64,000 nt of DNA, taken from contig OZ241326.1 of NCBI GenBank assembly GCA_965199855.1, forward strand, positions 384,001 through 448,000. Reading direction: 5' to 3'. The position numbers were made by a program, and so were the translations under genes. Under the pieces are notes generated by a model. That model had not been told where the DNA came from, ran no database searches, and was given only the letters and a program-made list of their open reading frames with translations. This stretch comes from a bacterium (GTDB lineage: Bacteria > UBA8248). This document shows, piece by piece, positions 37,446-46,433 of the stretch. The first letter of the stretch is position 1. Every line of letters starts with the position of its first letter.

Positions 37446-38027
37446 ATGGAGGGGAGCTTCGTGGCGATTCCACCCGATGAACTTCTGAGGCGTCTCGGCG
37501 TTCATACCCCGCTTTACGCCGCGGATGCGGAGGGAATCTTCGCCGTCCTGAACGATCAGGAAAAGGGCCATTTCTTCGCGGTGGACCGCGGAAGCGGCGA
37601 TTTCCGCTGGCGCGTGGCGAATACGGCGGGCTGGGTCATCGCCCCGCCCCTCATCTGGGAGGATTTGTATATCGTGGGCACGAGCCGGGCGGAAATGAGG
37701 CGGGAGGAGAGGGGCGGGCCGTTCGCGAGGGTGGACTGGAAGCGCGAGGGCGCGGTGTATGCCTTCGGCGCCAGGGACGGCGCCGCGCGGTTCTGGGATG
37801 AGAGAACGGGGGTGGTGCGGGAGTCGCCCCGGGTGGAGGACGGCGTCCTGATCGTGGAGGGAGAAGTCCGGGTGGGCGGCTTTCGGGACGGGGATCCCTG
37901 GTCCTCATCCGCCGAAGTCGAAAGCCGCTTTTCGCTCAGGGAGGGGCGGCTGCTCTCCCGCCGCGCGCGGGGGGAGGCGCCCCCCGGCTACTTCCGGGGA
38001 GAGGCGCCGCCCGCGGCGTGGGCCTGA
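37446..38027 (+). CDS. Hypothetical protein with PQQ/BamB-like beta-propeller repeats
   Basis: FFAVDRGSGDFRWR, VYAFGARDGAARFW. Start uncertain. Confidence 0.5.
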   Translation: MEGSFVAIPPDELLRRLGVHTPLYAADAEGIFAVLNDQEKGHFFAVDRGSGDFRWRVANTAGWVIAPPLIWEDLYIVGTSRAEMRREERGGPFARVDWKREGAVYAFGARDGAARFWDERTGVVRESPRVEDGVLIVEGEVRVGGFRDGDPWSSSAEVESRFSLREGRLLSRRARGEAPPGYFRGEAPPAAWA

Positions 38028-38906
38028 GCGCCTCGTTTTTTCCTTTTCAGCTCCCTCGCCATCAGCAGCGCGTTTTGCGGAACGAGGTTCGGGCGGAACC
38101 AGTTGCGGTATTCATCCATGCGGACGCGCGAGGCCGCCTTCGCCGGAGTCGGGCTTTCCTTCAGGGCGGCGGCCGTGCGCGAGCGCAGCTTCGTCATGTA
38201 GCCCCGGAATTCATCCCACGCGCCCGAAGCGGGCCGGGCGGGAACCGGCCCGTGGCCGGGGATGAGGCGCTTCGCGGGCAGTTTCTTCAGCCCGGGAATC
38301 GCGTCCATCCAGTTGCCGAAGCTGCCCAGCCGCGCCACCGGATGCGTCCGGTAGTCGAGCAGGTCTCCCGTGAACAGAATCCTCTCTTCCGGCATCCACA
38401 CGACGGCGTCTCCCTTCGTGTGGCAGTGGCCGACGTAGATCATCTCGAACAGCCGCCCGCCGTAGCGGATGGATATTTTCTCGTCGAACGTCACCATGGG
38501 CGGCGCGGCGCTTGCCGATCAGGTGCTCCACCTTTTGCGGCCTGCCCGCCATCTGGGTCACCCAGATGCCTTCGCCTTCTTCGCGCTCCATCTCCCGGCG
38601 GACGTTCTCGTGGCCGACGGAGACGGCGCCCCGCCCGTGGTAGTAGCCGTTGTCCGAGGTGTGGTCGAAGTTGTGGTGGGTGTTCAGCGCGAGCCCGGGC
38701 GATTTTCGGGTGATCTTTCTCATGCCGTCAAGGAAGTCTTTGCGCGCGCGGATGTCGTTGTCGATGAGAACGGGCTTCTCCTCCGTGAGGACGAGGCCGA
38801 AATTCGTCGCGCCTCCTCCTCCGATGAATGCGTGGACGCCCTCGGCCACTTCGACGAATCCCCGGGTCCTCGCCGGGCCCGGAAGCGCCTTCGCTTTGCG
38901 CGGCAT
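37988..38906 (-). pseudogene. MBL-fold metallo-hydrolase (cyclase-like), frameshifted near 38510
   Basis: N-half (NFGLV, IDND, NTHHNFDH) and C-half (PPMVTF, HTKGD, FTGDLL, PGHG) are in different frames. Confidence 0.8.
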
Positions 38907-39028
38907 CGCGTTCTCCTTGCGGGTCGCGGGGGATGGCGATATGGTTGCGGAAGCCGGCGGAGAAGATAGCAAAGTCCTCTCGAAGCGGCAACGCCGCGCC
39001 ATGAAGCCTCACGGACGAAGGTGCCAAG

Positions 39029-40249
39029 GTGGCCTCCTATTCCGCGTTCATCGGTCTGGAATGCTCGAAGACGGGCGAGCGGCTCGCCCCCGGCGGCCTG
39101 ATGAGCCTGAGCGCCTGCGGCGCTCCCCTGCTGGCGCGATACGACGCGGAGGCCGCCGCGCGGACGCTGCGCCTCGGGGACGTGGCGGGCCGCCCCCGCT
39201 CGATGTGGCGCTATCACGAAATGCTCCCGGTGCCCGACGCGGCCGCCGTCGTCACCCTGGGCGAGGGCATGACGCCCCTGCTCGAGGCCCCCCGCCTGGG
39301 AAGGTCGCTGGGGTTCTCCCGCCTGTTCGTGAAGGACGAGGGGGCGAACCCGACGGGGAGCTTCAAGGCGCGGGGGCTCTCCGCGGCGATCACGATGGCG
39401 CGCCATCTGGGAGCGGAGAAGGTCGCCATGCCCACCGCGGGAAACGCGGGCGGAGCGGCGGCGGCCTACGCCGCGCGGGCGGGAATCGAGGCGTCCGTCT
39501 TCATGCCGGAGCAGGCCCCGGCCGTTCACAAGGCGGAGTGCGCTCTGGCGGGCGCGGACCTGACCATCGTTCGCGGCTATATTCATCACTGCGCGGAAAT
39601 CGCGGCGGAGCGGGCGCCCGCGGAAGGCTGGTTCGAGCTGTCCACCTTCAAGGAGCCGTATCGCGCCGAGGGCAAAAAGACGATGGCCTACGAGCTGGTC
39701 GAGCAGTTCGGCGGCGACCTCCCCGACGCGATCCTCTACCCGACGGGCGGCGGGACGGGCCTGGTGGCGATGTGGCGCGCCTTCGGCGAGCTCGAGGCGC
39801 TGGGCTGGATAGGCGAGAGGAGGCCCCGCATGATCTGCGTTCAGGCCGAGGGCTGCGCGCCGCTCGTTCGGGCATACGAGAGAGGGGAGGAGGCCGCCTC
39901 CCCGTGGGAGAACCCCGATACGGCGGTGTCCGGCCTGCGCGCGCCGAAGGCGCTGGCGGATTTTCTCTGTCTGCGCGCCATCCGGGAGAGCGGAGGAACG
40001 GCGATCGCCGTCCCGGACGAGATGATGTTCGACGCCCAGAGGCGGGCGGGCGCGGCCGAGGGAATGCTCATCTGCCCGGAGGGCGGCGCCTGCGTCGCGG
40101 CGCTGGAGGCGCTGCGCGAGCGGGGCGACCTCGGGCGCGATGAGCGCATCGTGGCGTTCAATACGGCGAGCGGCCTGAAATACGCGGAGATGGTGGAGGC
40201 GGAGCCTCCCCTCGTCGATCCGCTTCCGGCGCGGGGGCGGAGCGCGTGA
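39029..40249 (+). CDS. thrC: Threonine synthase-like PLP enzyme
   Basis: LGEGMTPL, NPTGSFKARG, TAGNAG, EGKKTM, PTGGGTG, CPEGG. Confidence 0.85.
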   Translation: MASYSAFIGLECSKTGERLAPGGLMSLSACGAPLLARYDAEAAARTLRLGDVAGRPRSMWRYHEMLPVPDAAAVVTLGEGMTPLLEAPRLGRSLGFSRLFVKDEGANPTGSFKARGLSAAITMARHLGAEKVAMPTAGNAGGAAAAYAARAGIEASVFMPEQAPAVHKAECALAGADLTIVRGYIHHCAEIAAERAPAEGWFELSTFKEPYRAEGKKTMAYELVEQFGGDLPDAILYPTGGGTGLVAMWRAFGELEALGWIGERRPRMICVQAEGCAPLVRAYERGEEAASPWENPDTAVSGLRAPKALADFLCLRAIRESGGTAIAVPDEMMFDAQRRAGAAEGMLICPEGGACVAALEALRERGDLGRDERIVAFNTASGLKYAEMVEAEPPLVDPLPARGRSA

Positions 40250-40674
40250 TTGAAATCACGAGGCGAGAGGAGTTCTCCGCGGCGCACCGGCTGTTCCGGC
40301 CCGACTGGAGCGGCGCGCGCAACGAGGCCGTCTATGGAAAATGCGCGAATCCGCACTATCACGGCCACAACTACGTCTTCGAGGTTACCCTGCGCGGCCC
40401 CGTCAGTCCCGAAACGGGCATGGCGCACAATCTCGCCGATCTCAAGAGCGTCATGCGGCGCGAGATCGTCGAAGCGCTCGATCACAGGAATCTGAACGAG
40501 GACGCGGCGGCGTTCATGAAGAACCGCATCCCCACGGCGGAGAACATAGCGGTTTCGATCTGGGAGCGCCTGACCGAACATCTGGACGCGGGGCTTCTGT
40601 TCCGCGTCCGCCTGTATGAGAACGATCGGAATTTCGTGGACTACTACGGAGAAGGCCCCGATGGGGTTCGGTGA
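40246..40674 (+). CDS. 6-pyruvoyl-tetrahydropterin synthase family protein (C-X5-HGH type)
   Basis: FSAAHRL, GKCANPHYHGHNY, LDHRNLN, PTAENIA. Confidence 0.9.
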   Translation: MIEITRREEFSAAHRLFRPDWSGARNEAVYGKCANPHYHGHNYVFEVTLRGPVSPETGMAHNLADLKSVMRREIVEALDHRNLNEDAAAFMKNRIPTAENIAVSIWERLTEHLDAGLLFRVRLYENDRNFVDYYGEGPDGVR

Positions 40675-41392
40675 TACCGGGCGGCTGGAGAAAAGGCGAA
40701 TCGTCCTCACCGGCGCTTCCCGGGGAATCGGCCGCGCGAGCGCGCTTCGCCTCGCCAGGGCGGGCGCGAGGGTGCTCGCCGTCTCAAGGGACCCAGACGC
40801 TCTGGCGAGGCTGGCGTTCGAGTCCGGGGGATGCGCCGGCCAGGTTTTTCCGCACGCCTGCGACGTGACGAAGACCGATGAGGTCGAAGCGCTCGCCGAG
40901 GCGGCCGAAAAGCGGCTGGAGGGCGTGGACGCGCTGGTGAACAACGCGGGCGCGGGCGTCTTCAAGGAGATGGGCGCCCTCTCGCCGGAGGAGTTCAACG
41001 CGACGCTCTCGGTGTGCCTCACCGCCCCCTTCATGCTGACGCGGGCGCTTTGCCCCATGCTCGAAGCGGCGGGCGGCGAGGTCGTCAACGTCTCTTCCAT
41101 CAGCGCGGTCTCCGGCTTTCCGGGCGCCTCGGCCTACTGCGCCGCCAAGGCGGGCCTCGAAGGATTGTCGAGGGCGCTGGTGGAGGAGCTCAGACCCAGA
41201 GGGATACGCCTCACCATCGTTCGCCCCGGCGCCTGCGCGACGGACATGTGGAAGTCCATTCCGGGAGAGTTCGACTTCGACGAGATGATCCCGCCCGATC
41301 TGGTGGCGGAATCCATCGAGTTTCTGCTGTCCCAATCCCGAAGGGTCTGGACGGAGTCCATGGTGGTTCTCCCGCCGAAGGGCGCGCTCTAG
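40661..41392 (+). CDS. SDR family oxidoreductase
   Basis: TGASRGIG, NNAG, YCAAK. Confidence 0.9.
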   Translation: MGFGDTGRLEKRRIVLTGASRGIGRASALRLARAGARVLAVSRDPDALARLAFESGGCAGQVFPHACDVTKTDEVEALAEAAEKRLEGVDALVNNAGAGVFKEMGALSPEEFNATLSVCLTAPFMLTRALCPMLEAAGGEVVNVSSISAVSGFPGASAYCAAKAGLEGLSRALVEELRPRGIRLTIVRPGACATDMWKSIPGEFDFDEMIPPDLVAESIEFLLSQSRRVWTESMVVLPPKGAL

Positions 41393-41510
41393 CTTCTCCG
41401 CCGCCCGGGGCGCGTCCGCCGCGCCCGTTGAAGAAGGCGGAGAAAGAGAATACATTCGGTCGCTGGACGACGGAACTTCTGAAAATCCGCACCCGCGCGG
41501 GAGGCCGGCC

Positions 41511-41810
41511 TTGGGCGTCATTCGATACGAAAACCTGAACGTCGAATACGAGGCGGAGGCGGGCGGCTCCATTCTCGACGCGGACTTGGACAACGGCGTC
41601 GATCATGCGAGCGATTGCGGCGGGAACTGCGCCTGCTCCACCTGCAAGGTGATCGTGGTGTCCGGAGCCGAGCTCCTCTCCCCGCAGGGCGAGGACGAGA
41701 GGGATACGCTGGACGCGTATGGATGGAGCCCGGACGAGTATCGCCTGGCCTGCCAGTGCGTCGTGGAGGGAGAGGGCCGAATCGTCCTGCGAATGCCGGA
41801 GCCGGAATAG
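41511..41810 (+). CDS. 2Fe-2S ferredoxin (adrenodoxin type)
   Basis: CGGNCACSTC ... RLACQ. Confidence 0.9.
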   Translation: MGVIRYENLNVEYEAEAGGSILDADLDNGVDHASDCGGNCACSTCKVIVVSGAELLSPQGEDERDTLDAYGWSPDEYRLACQCVVEGEGRIVLRMPEPE

Positions 41811-41813
41811 CGC

Positions 41814-42464
41814 TCAGGAAGCGCGCTCTCCCGCCTCGCTCCAGGCGCGAACCACCGACCCGAAATCGACCGCCCCCTCGCGCATGAGTTCCGGCTCCTC
41901 CCCCCTCGCGTCCACCACGGTGGAGGGCGGGGCGCTTCCCGCTTCCCCTCCGTCCAGAACCAGCGCGACTCCAGCCTGAAACCGGGCGGAAATTTCCCGG
42001 GCGCTGGTGAGCGGAGGCTCGCCGGGGGGGTTCGCGCTCGTCGCCGCGAAGGGGCCGACGCGCACGGCCAGCGCGCGGCAGAGCGCGAGAGCGGGCATCC
42101 GAACGGCGACGCCCCGCCCGCCCTCCGAGAGCCGGGGAGAAAGCCCCGGATGCGCGGGCAGAACCAGGGTCAACCCCGAAGGCCACAGGGCGTCCATCAG
42201 ACGCGCCGCGCGCGGGGAGACGCCGCGGGCGAGGTCTTTCAGCTGGGAGCGATGCCCGATGAGAACGGGCGCGCCCTTCTCCTCTTCTCTGCCCTTCGCT
42301 TCGTAGAGCTTCTCGACGGCCTCCCCGTCGAGGGCGCGGGCGCACAGCCCGTAAATCGTATCCGTGGGCAGGGCGATGACGCTTCCCGCAAGCAGCTCCT
42401 CGCCGGCTCGCCGAAGCGCGCCTTCTTCCGGCGCGTCCGGGGTCACCGGAACAACGCCGCTCAC
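41814..42464 (-). CDS. tsaC: Threonylcarbamoyl-AMP synthase
   Basis: GTG start overlapping the purE stop. LPTDTIYGL, KGR, LWPSGLT, TSAN, PSTVVD, REGA. Confidence 0.9.
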   Translation of the reverse strand: MSGVVPVTPDAPEEGALRRAGEELLAGSVIALPTDTIYGLCARALDGEAVEKLYEAKGREEEKGAPVLIGHRSQLKDLARGVSPRAARLMDALWPSGLTLVLPAHPGLSPRLSEGGRGVAVRMPALALCRALAVRVGPFAATSANPPGEPPLTSAREISARFQAGVALVLDGGEAGSAPPSTVVDARGEEPELMREGAVDFGSVVRAWSEAGERAS

Positions 42465-43096
42465 TCCTGTTTTTCCCGGCGGACTCTTCTGGAGCGGCTT
42501 CGCTTCGGCCTGGACTTCTGAGCGGATTTTTTTTCGGCGTCTCCGGCGGGCTGGCCGGGCTTGTCCTTTTGAATCCGCGCGGGCGGCGGGGAGATTTCCT
42601 GCTGGAGCGCTTCGTCCGCGGCCAGCGCCTTCTCCGTCTGCTCCCGCGCGAAGCGCCGGTATTCCTTCGCCAGCCTGGAGTCGCTCAGGGCGAGGATGCG
42701 GGCGGCGTGGAGGGCCGCGTTCCTCGCGCCGGCCGCCCCGATGCCCATCGTCGCCACGGGGATGCCGGGGGGCATCTGCACGGTGGAGAGCAGGGAGTCG
42801 AGGCCGCCCAGCGAGGAGCTGTCGAGGGGAACGCCTATCACGGGCAGATCGGTGGCGGCGCTCACGACGCCCGCCAGGTGCGCCGACATGCCCGCGCCCG
42901 CGATCAGCGCGCGGATGCCGCGCCCGGGCGCCGTTTTCACGTATTCGTGAACGGCCTCGGGCGTGCGGTGGGCCGACAGAATCCTCATCTCCGAGGGAAC
43001 GCTGAGGCCGTCCAGCGTCTTGGCGGCTTCCTCCATCACGGGCCTGTCCGATGCGCTTCCCATCAGTATTCCGACCTGGGGTGCTCTCGTGGCCAA
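42461..43096 (-). CDS. purE: AIR carboxylase/N5-CAIR mutase with C-terminal basic tail
   Basis: MGSASD, SAHRTP, AGMSAHLAG, PVIGVP, VQMPPGIPVAT. Confidence 0.95.
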   Translation of the reverse strand: MATRAPQVGILMGSASDRPVMEEAAKTLDGLSVPSEMRILSAHRTPEAVHEYVKTAPGRGIRALIAGAGMSAHLAGVVSAATDLPVIGVPLDSSSLGGLDSLLSTVQMPPGIPVATMGIGAAGARNAALHAARILALSDSRLAKEYRRFAREQTEKALAADEALQQEISPPPARIQKDKPGQPAGDAEKKSAQKSRPKRSRSRRVRREKQE

Positions 43097-43111
43097 GGGC
43101 TCCTCCTCTTT

Positions 43112-43501
43112 TTATTGGGGAATGAACGCGAGCAGTTCGATTTCGAGCTTCGCGCCCGCGATGATTTTCGCGGCCTGGAACGTCGTGCGCGCCGGCGGGT
43201 CTTCCGTCCCGAAATACTCCTCGAAGACGGCGTTCATCTCCTGGAGATCCGCCAGATCCTCCATGAAGATGGTGACCTTGACGGCGTTTTTCAGGGATGT
43301 CCCCCCCGCCTCGCATACGGCTTTGAGATTCTCGATGACCTGGCGGGTCTGCCCGGCGACGCCGCCCGGCGCCAGCGCTCCCGTCGCGGGGTCGATGGGC
43401 AGCTGTCCGGAGCAGTGGAGCCACGCCCCGACGCGAATGGCCTGGGAGAGCGGCACCTTGCCCGAGGCCGCCTTGTCCGTCCGGACGACTTTCTTCTCCA
43501 T
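43112..43501 (-). CDS. ridA: RidA family enamine/imine deaminase
   Basis: SQAI, SGQLPIDP, VKVTIF, MNAVF, PPART, EIE. Confidence 0.88.
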   Translation of the reverse strand: MEKKVVRTDKAASGKVPLSQAIRVGAWLHCSGQLPIDPATGALAPGGVAGQTRQVIENLKAVCEAGGTSLKNAVKVTIFMEDLADLQEMNAVFEEYFGTEDPPARTTFQAAKIIAGAKLEIELLAFIPQ

Positions 43502-43788
43502 GAGCGCCTCTGAATGCCGAAGAGCGGCCCGCCCGGGCGCCCGCGCCTTGGGGGCGCGCCGCGCGCGAAAAGGGGTTTTCGGGGAACCTTCCCCCGCGTC
43601 CACGCCGGGGCCGCGCGGCCGGCGGGGACGCCTCCCTACTATCCCACAGAAGCCGCTCGTTAGAAACCGCCGGCGCCTTTTTCGACACCGGGAGAGCCGC
43701 CTGAATCCTTCGGGGGCGAGGCGAGGCTTCAAAAATCCGGAAAGCGGGTGCTACAATGAAGCGGCGTCTTTTCAGAGAGGAGTTCGCC

Positions 43789-45234
43789 TTGGAGAGAGGC
43801 TTGTTCGAGCCGGCGGAGAGCGGCGCCGGCGGGGCGGGGGAGACCCGCGTCGATCCGCGCGCGCCCTTGGCCGAGCGCATGAGGCCCAAAACGCTCGACG
43901 AGGTTCTGGGGCAGGAGCGTCTGCTCGGCGAGGGCCGCGCGCTCAGGCGGGCCGTGGAGGAGGACGCCCTGCGATCGCTGATTCTCTGGGGCCCGCCGGG
44001 GACGGGGAAAACCACCCTGGCGCGCATCATCGCCGGTCGGACGAAGGCGCGCTTCATCACCCTGAGCGCGGTGCTTCACGGGGTGAAGGAGTTGAGGGCC
44101 TCCGTGGGCGAGGCGAGGCGCACGGCGTCCGGGGGCGTCAGGACGATTCTGTTCGTCGACGAGATTCATCGCTTCAACAAGGCCCAGCAGGACGGCCTCC
44201 TGCCGCACGTGGAAGACGGCACGGTGACGCTGATCGGCGCGACGACGGAGAACCCCTCCTTCGAGGTCATCGCTCCCCTCCTCTCCCGCGCGCGCGTGTT
44301 CGTGCTGGAGGGACTGAAGGAGCCGCACGTCGTCGCGCTGCTCCGCCGCGCCCTGCATGACGCGGAGCGCGGTCTGGGAGGCATGGGGCTGGACGCGGAG
44401 GAGGAGGCGCTTCGCCGCATCGCGCGGATGAGCGGCGGGGACGCGCGCGCCGCGCTCAACGTCCTGGAGGCGGCCGCCGCTCTCGCGGGCGGGGGCGGCC
44501 GCATCGACGCCCGTCTGGCGGCGGAGGCGGCCCAGCGAAAAACGCTTCTTTACGACAAGTCGGGCGAGGAGCACTACAATCTCATCTCGGCGCTTCACAA
44601 AACCATGAGGGCCTCCGATCCCGACGCCGCCCTCTACTGGCTCGCGCGAATGCTCGAGGGGGGAGAGGACCCCATGTATATCCTGAGGCGCCTCGTGCGC
44701 TTCGCCTCCGAGGACGTGGGCATGGCCGATCCGCGCGCGCTGGGCGTGGCGACGGCAGCCCAGCAGGCGTTTCACTTCATCGGCTCCCCCGAGGGGAAGC
44801 TCGCCATCGCGCAGGCGGTGGTCTATCTCGCCCAGGCGCCCAAGAGCGACGCGGTCTATCTCGGCTTCGGGGCCGCCGAGCGCGCCGCGCGCGAGCGCGA
44901 GGCGCCGCCCGTGCCTCATCACTTGAGAAACGCGCCGACCGGCCTGATGAAGGATTTGGGCTGCGGCGAGGGCTACCAGCACGCGCACCGGTTCGACGAC
45001 GCGGTCGTGGAGATGGAGGGAATGCCGGAGGGGCTGGAGGGAACGCGGTTTTACCGTCCCACCTCCCGGGGGTATGAGGCGGAAGTGCGGAAAAGGCTGG
45101 CCAGACGCGAGGAGATATTGAACGAGCGTCTGAGGGAGCGGCTGCGGATGCCCGACGAGGCGCCCCTGGACGACAGGCGCCCCGCTGACCCCGCGATGCC
45201 GGGGAGAAGGGGCAGGCGCAGGGATTCCTCCTGA
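43789..45234 (+). CDS. rarA: Replication-associated recombination protein A
   Basis: TTG start after GAGGAG. PLAERMRP, WGPPGTGKTT, DEIHRFNKAQQD, ATTENPSF, ASEDVG. Confidence 0.95.
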   Translation: MERGLFEPAESGAGGAGETRVDPRAPLAERMRPKTLDEVLGQERLLGEGRALRRAVEEDALRSLILWGPPGTGKTTLARIIAGRTKARFITLSAVLHGVKELRASVGEARRTASGGVRTILFVDEIHRFNKAQQDGLLPHVEDGTVTLIGATTENPSFEVIAPLLSRARVFVLEGLKEPHVVALLRRALHDAERGLGGMGLDAEEEALRRIARMSGGDARAALNVLEAAAALAGGGGRIDARLAAEAAQRKTLLYDKSGEEHYNLISALHKTMRASDPDAALYWLARMLEGGEDPMYILRRLVRFASEDVGMADPRALGVATAAQQAFHFIGSPEGKLAIAQAVVYLAQAPKSDAVYLGFGAAERAAREREAPPVPHHLRNAPTGLMKDLGCGEGYQHAHRFDDAVVEMEGMPEGLEGTRFYRPTSRGYEAEVRKRLARREEILNERLRERLRMPDEAPLDDRRPADPAMPGRRGRRRDSS

Positions 45235-45292
45235 GAGAGCGGGCGGCGCGCCGCCGGCGAGGAGGCGTTCGCTCTGGTGAAGGGGTGATTTC

Positions 45293-45546
45293 TTGAGAAT
45301 CGACGGGTTCGACCACGTCCGCTCCCGGCTCCGCGGACGTATGCCTGATCGCGAAAAACGGACCCGGGCGAGGCGATGGCGCGCGTCGAAAGCTGCGGGG
45401 TGGAGATTCTCGAGGGCGTCTGCGGGAAGAGCGGCGCCAGGGGGGCGATTCTCTCTTTTTATTTCCGCGATCCCTACGGGAACCCGATTGAGGCGTCCGG
45501 CTGCCCGGAGGAGGCGGAGCGGCCCGCCTCGCCCGCGCCTAGCTGA
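45293..45546 (+). pseudogene. VOC/glyoxalase family gene remnant
   Basis: MRIDGFDHV, then PGSADVCLIA in another frame, then GVEILEG...SGARGAILSFYFRDPYGNPIE in a third. The middle of the protein is absent. Confidence 0.7.
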
Positions 45547-46399
45547 AAAGCTCTATCCTGGCTTCTTGTTCTCCGTGATACACCGCCTTCGCCTTGAGCA
45601 GATCGTCCATCACCACCCGCTTGTCGCGCGGATTTCTGAGCAGATAGGCGGGATGATAGGTCGAGAGGCAGGGAATTCCCTGGTAGCGGCCGAATTTCCC
45701 CCGAAGCCTGCCGATGGGCGTCTTCGTCTGGAGGAGCCACTGGGCGGCGAATCTTCCGAGCGCCAGAATCAGCCTGGGCCGGATGATGGCGAGCTGCTTG
45801 TGAAGGTAAGGCTCGCAGCAGTCGATCTCGTCGGGTTCGGGGTCGCGGTTGCCCGGCGGCCTGCACTTGAGGATGTTGCAGATATAGACCTCTTGGCGGG
45901 GAACCTCGATCACGTTTTCGATCATCTTCGTCAGCATCTGTCCCGCCCGGCCCACGAAGGGGACGCCCTCCGCGTCCTCGCTGGCGCCCGGCGCCTCGCC
46001 GACGATGGCGAGGTTCGCGTCCGGGTTTCCCACCCCGAACACGAGGTTCGCGCGCGTCTCGCCCAGCTTGCAGCGCAGGCAGCCGTCCACGGCGGCGTGA
46101 AGCGCGTCGAGGGGCATATCCGCGTCCGGATCGAAGGGCAGGGGCGGCGGCGGCGGCCCCTGGCTTCTGCGCTTCGCCATGGGCGCCAGATTGGCCTGTG
46201 GTCCCGCGGATGGCAGCAGGGACGGCTGGGCGGAAGTTCCGGCGGATTCCGGCTCCGGCGCGCGGGCGGGCTCGGGGCTCTCGGCGCGCGCAGGCGCCGC
46301 CTTTCGGGGAGCGCCCAGGCTCGCGTAGCGGACGCCGGCGGCCTTCTGGCTTCGCAGATGTCCCAGCAGGCCCCGAAGGAGCTCTTCCCGCTCGCTCAT
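45539..46399 (-). CDS. Uracil-DNA glycosylase, family 4
   Basis: CLRCKL, GEAPGASED, PFVGRAG, KCRPPGNRDP, YHPAYLLR. Confidence 0.93.
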   Translation of the reverse strand: MSEREELLRGLLGHLRSQKAAGVRYASLGAPRKAAPARAESPEPARAPEPESAGTSAQPSLLPSAGPQANLAPMAKRRSQGPPPPPLPFDPDADMPLDALHAAVDGCLRCKLGETRANLVFGVGNPDANLAIVGEAPGASEDAEGVPFVGRAGQMLTKMIENVIEVPRQEVYICNILKCRPPGNRDPEPDEIDCCEPYLHKQLAIIRPRLILALGRFAAQWLLQTKTPIGRLRGKFGRYQGIPCLSTYHPAYLLRNPRDKRVVMDDLLKAKAVYHGEQEARIELFS

Positions 46400-46433
46400 C
46401 GCCGCGGCCGCCGGGCTTCGGAAGCAGGCGGAT

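Noticed and set aside
38495-38525. Programmed ribosomal frameshift in the MBL gene
   Set aside because: No slippery sequence at the junction. A deletion or assembly error is simpler.
3261-46399. A DNA modification/repair super-cluster (vsr, dcm, ogt, N6-MTase, dnaN, rarA, udg)
   Set aside because: The genes are scattered over 43 kb in unrelated operons and orientations.
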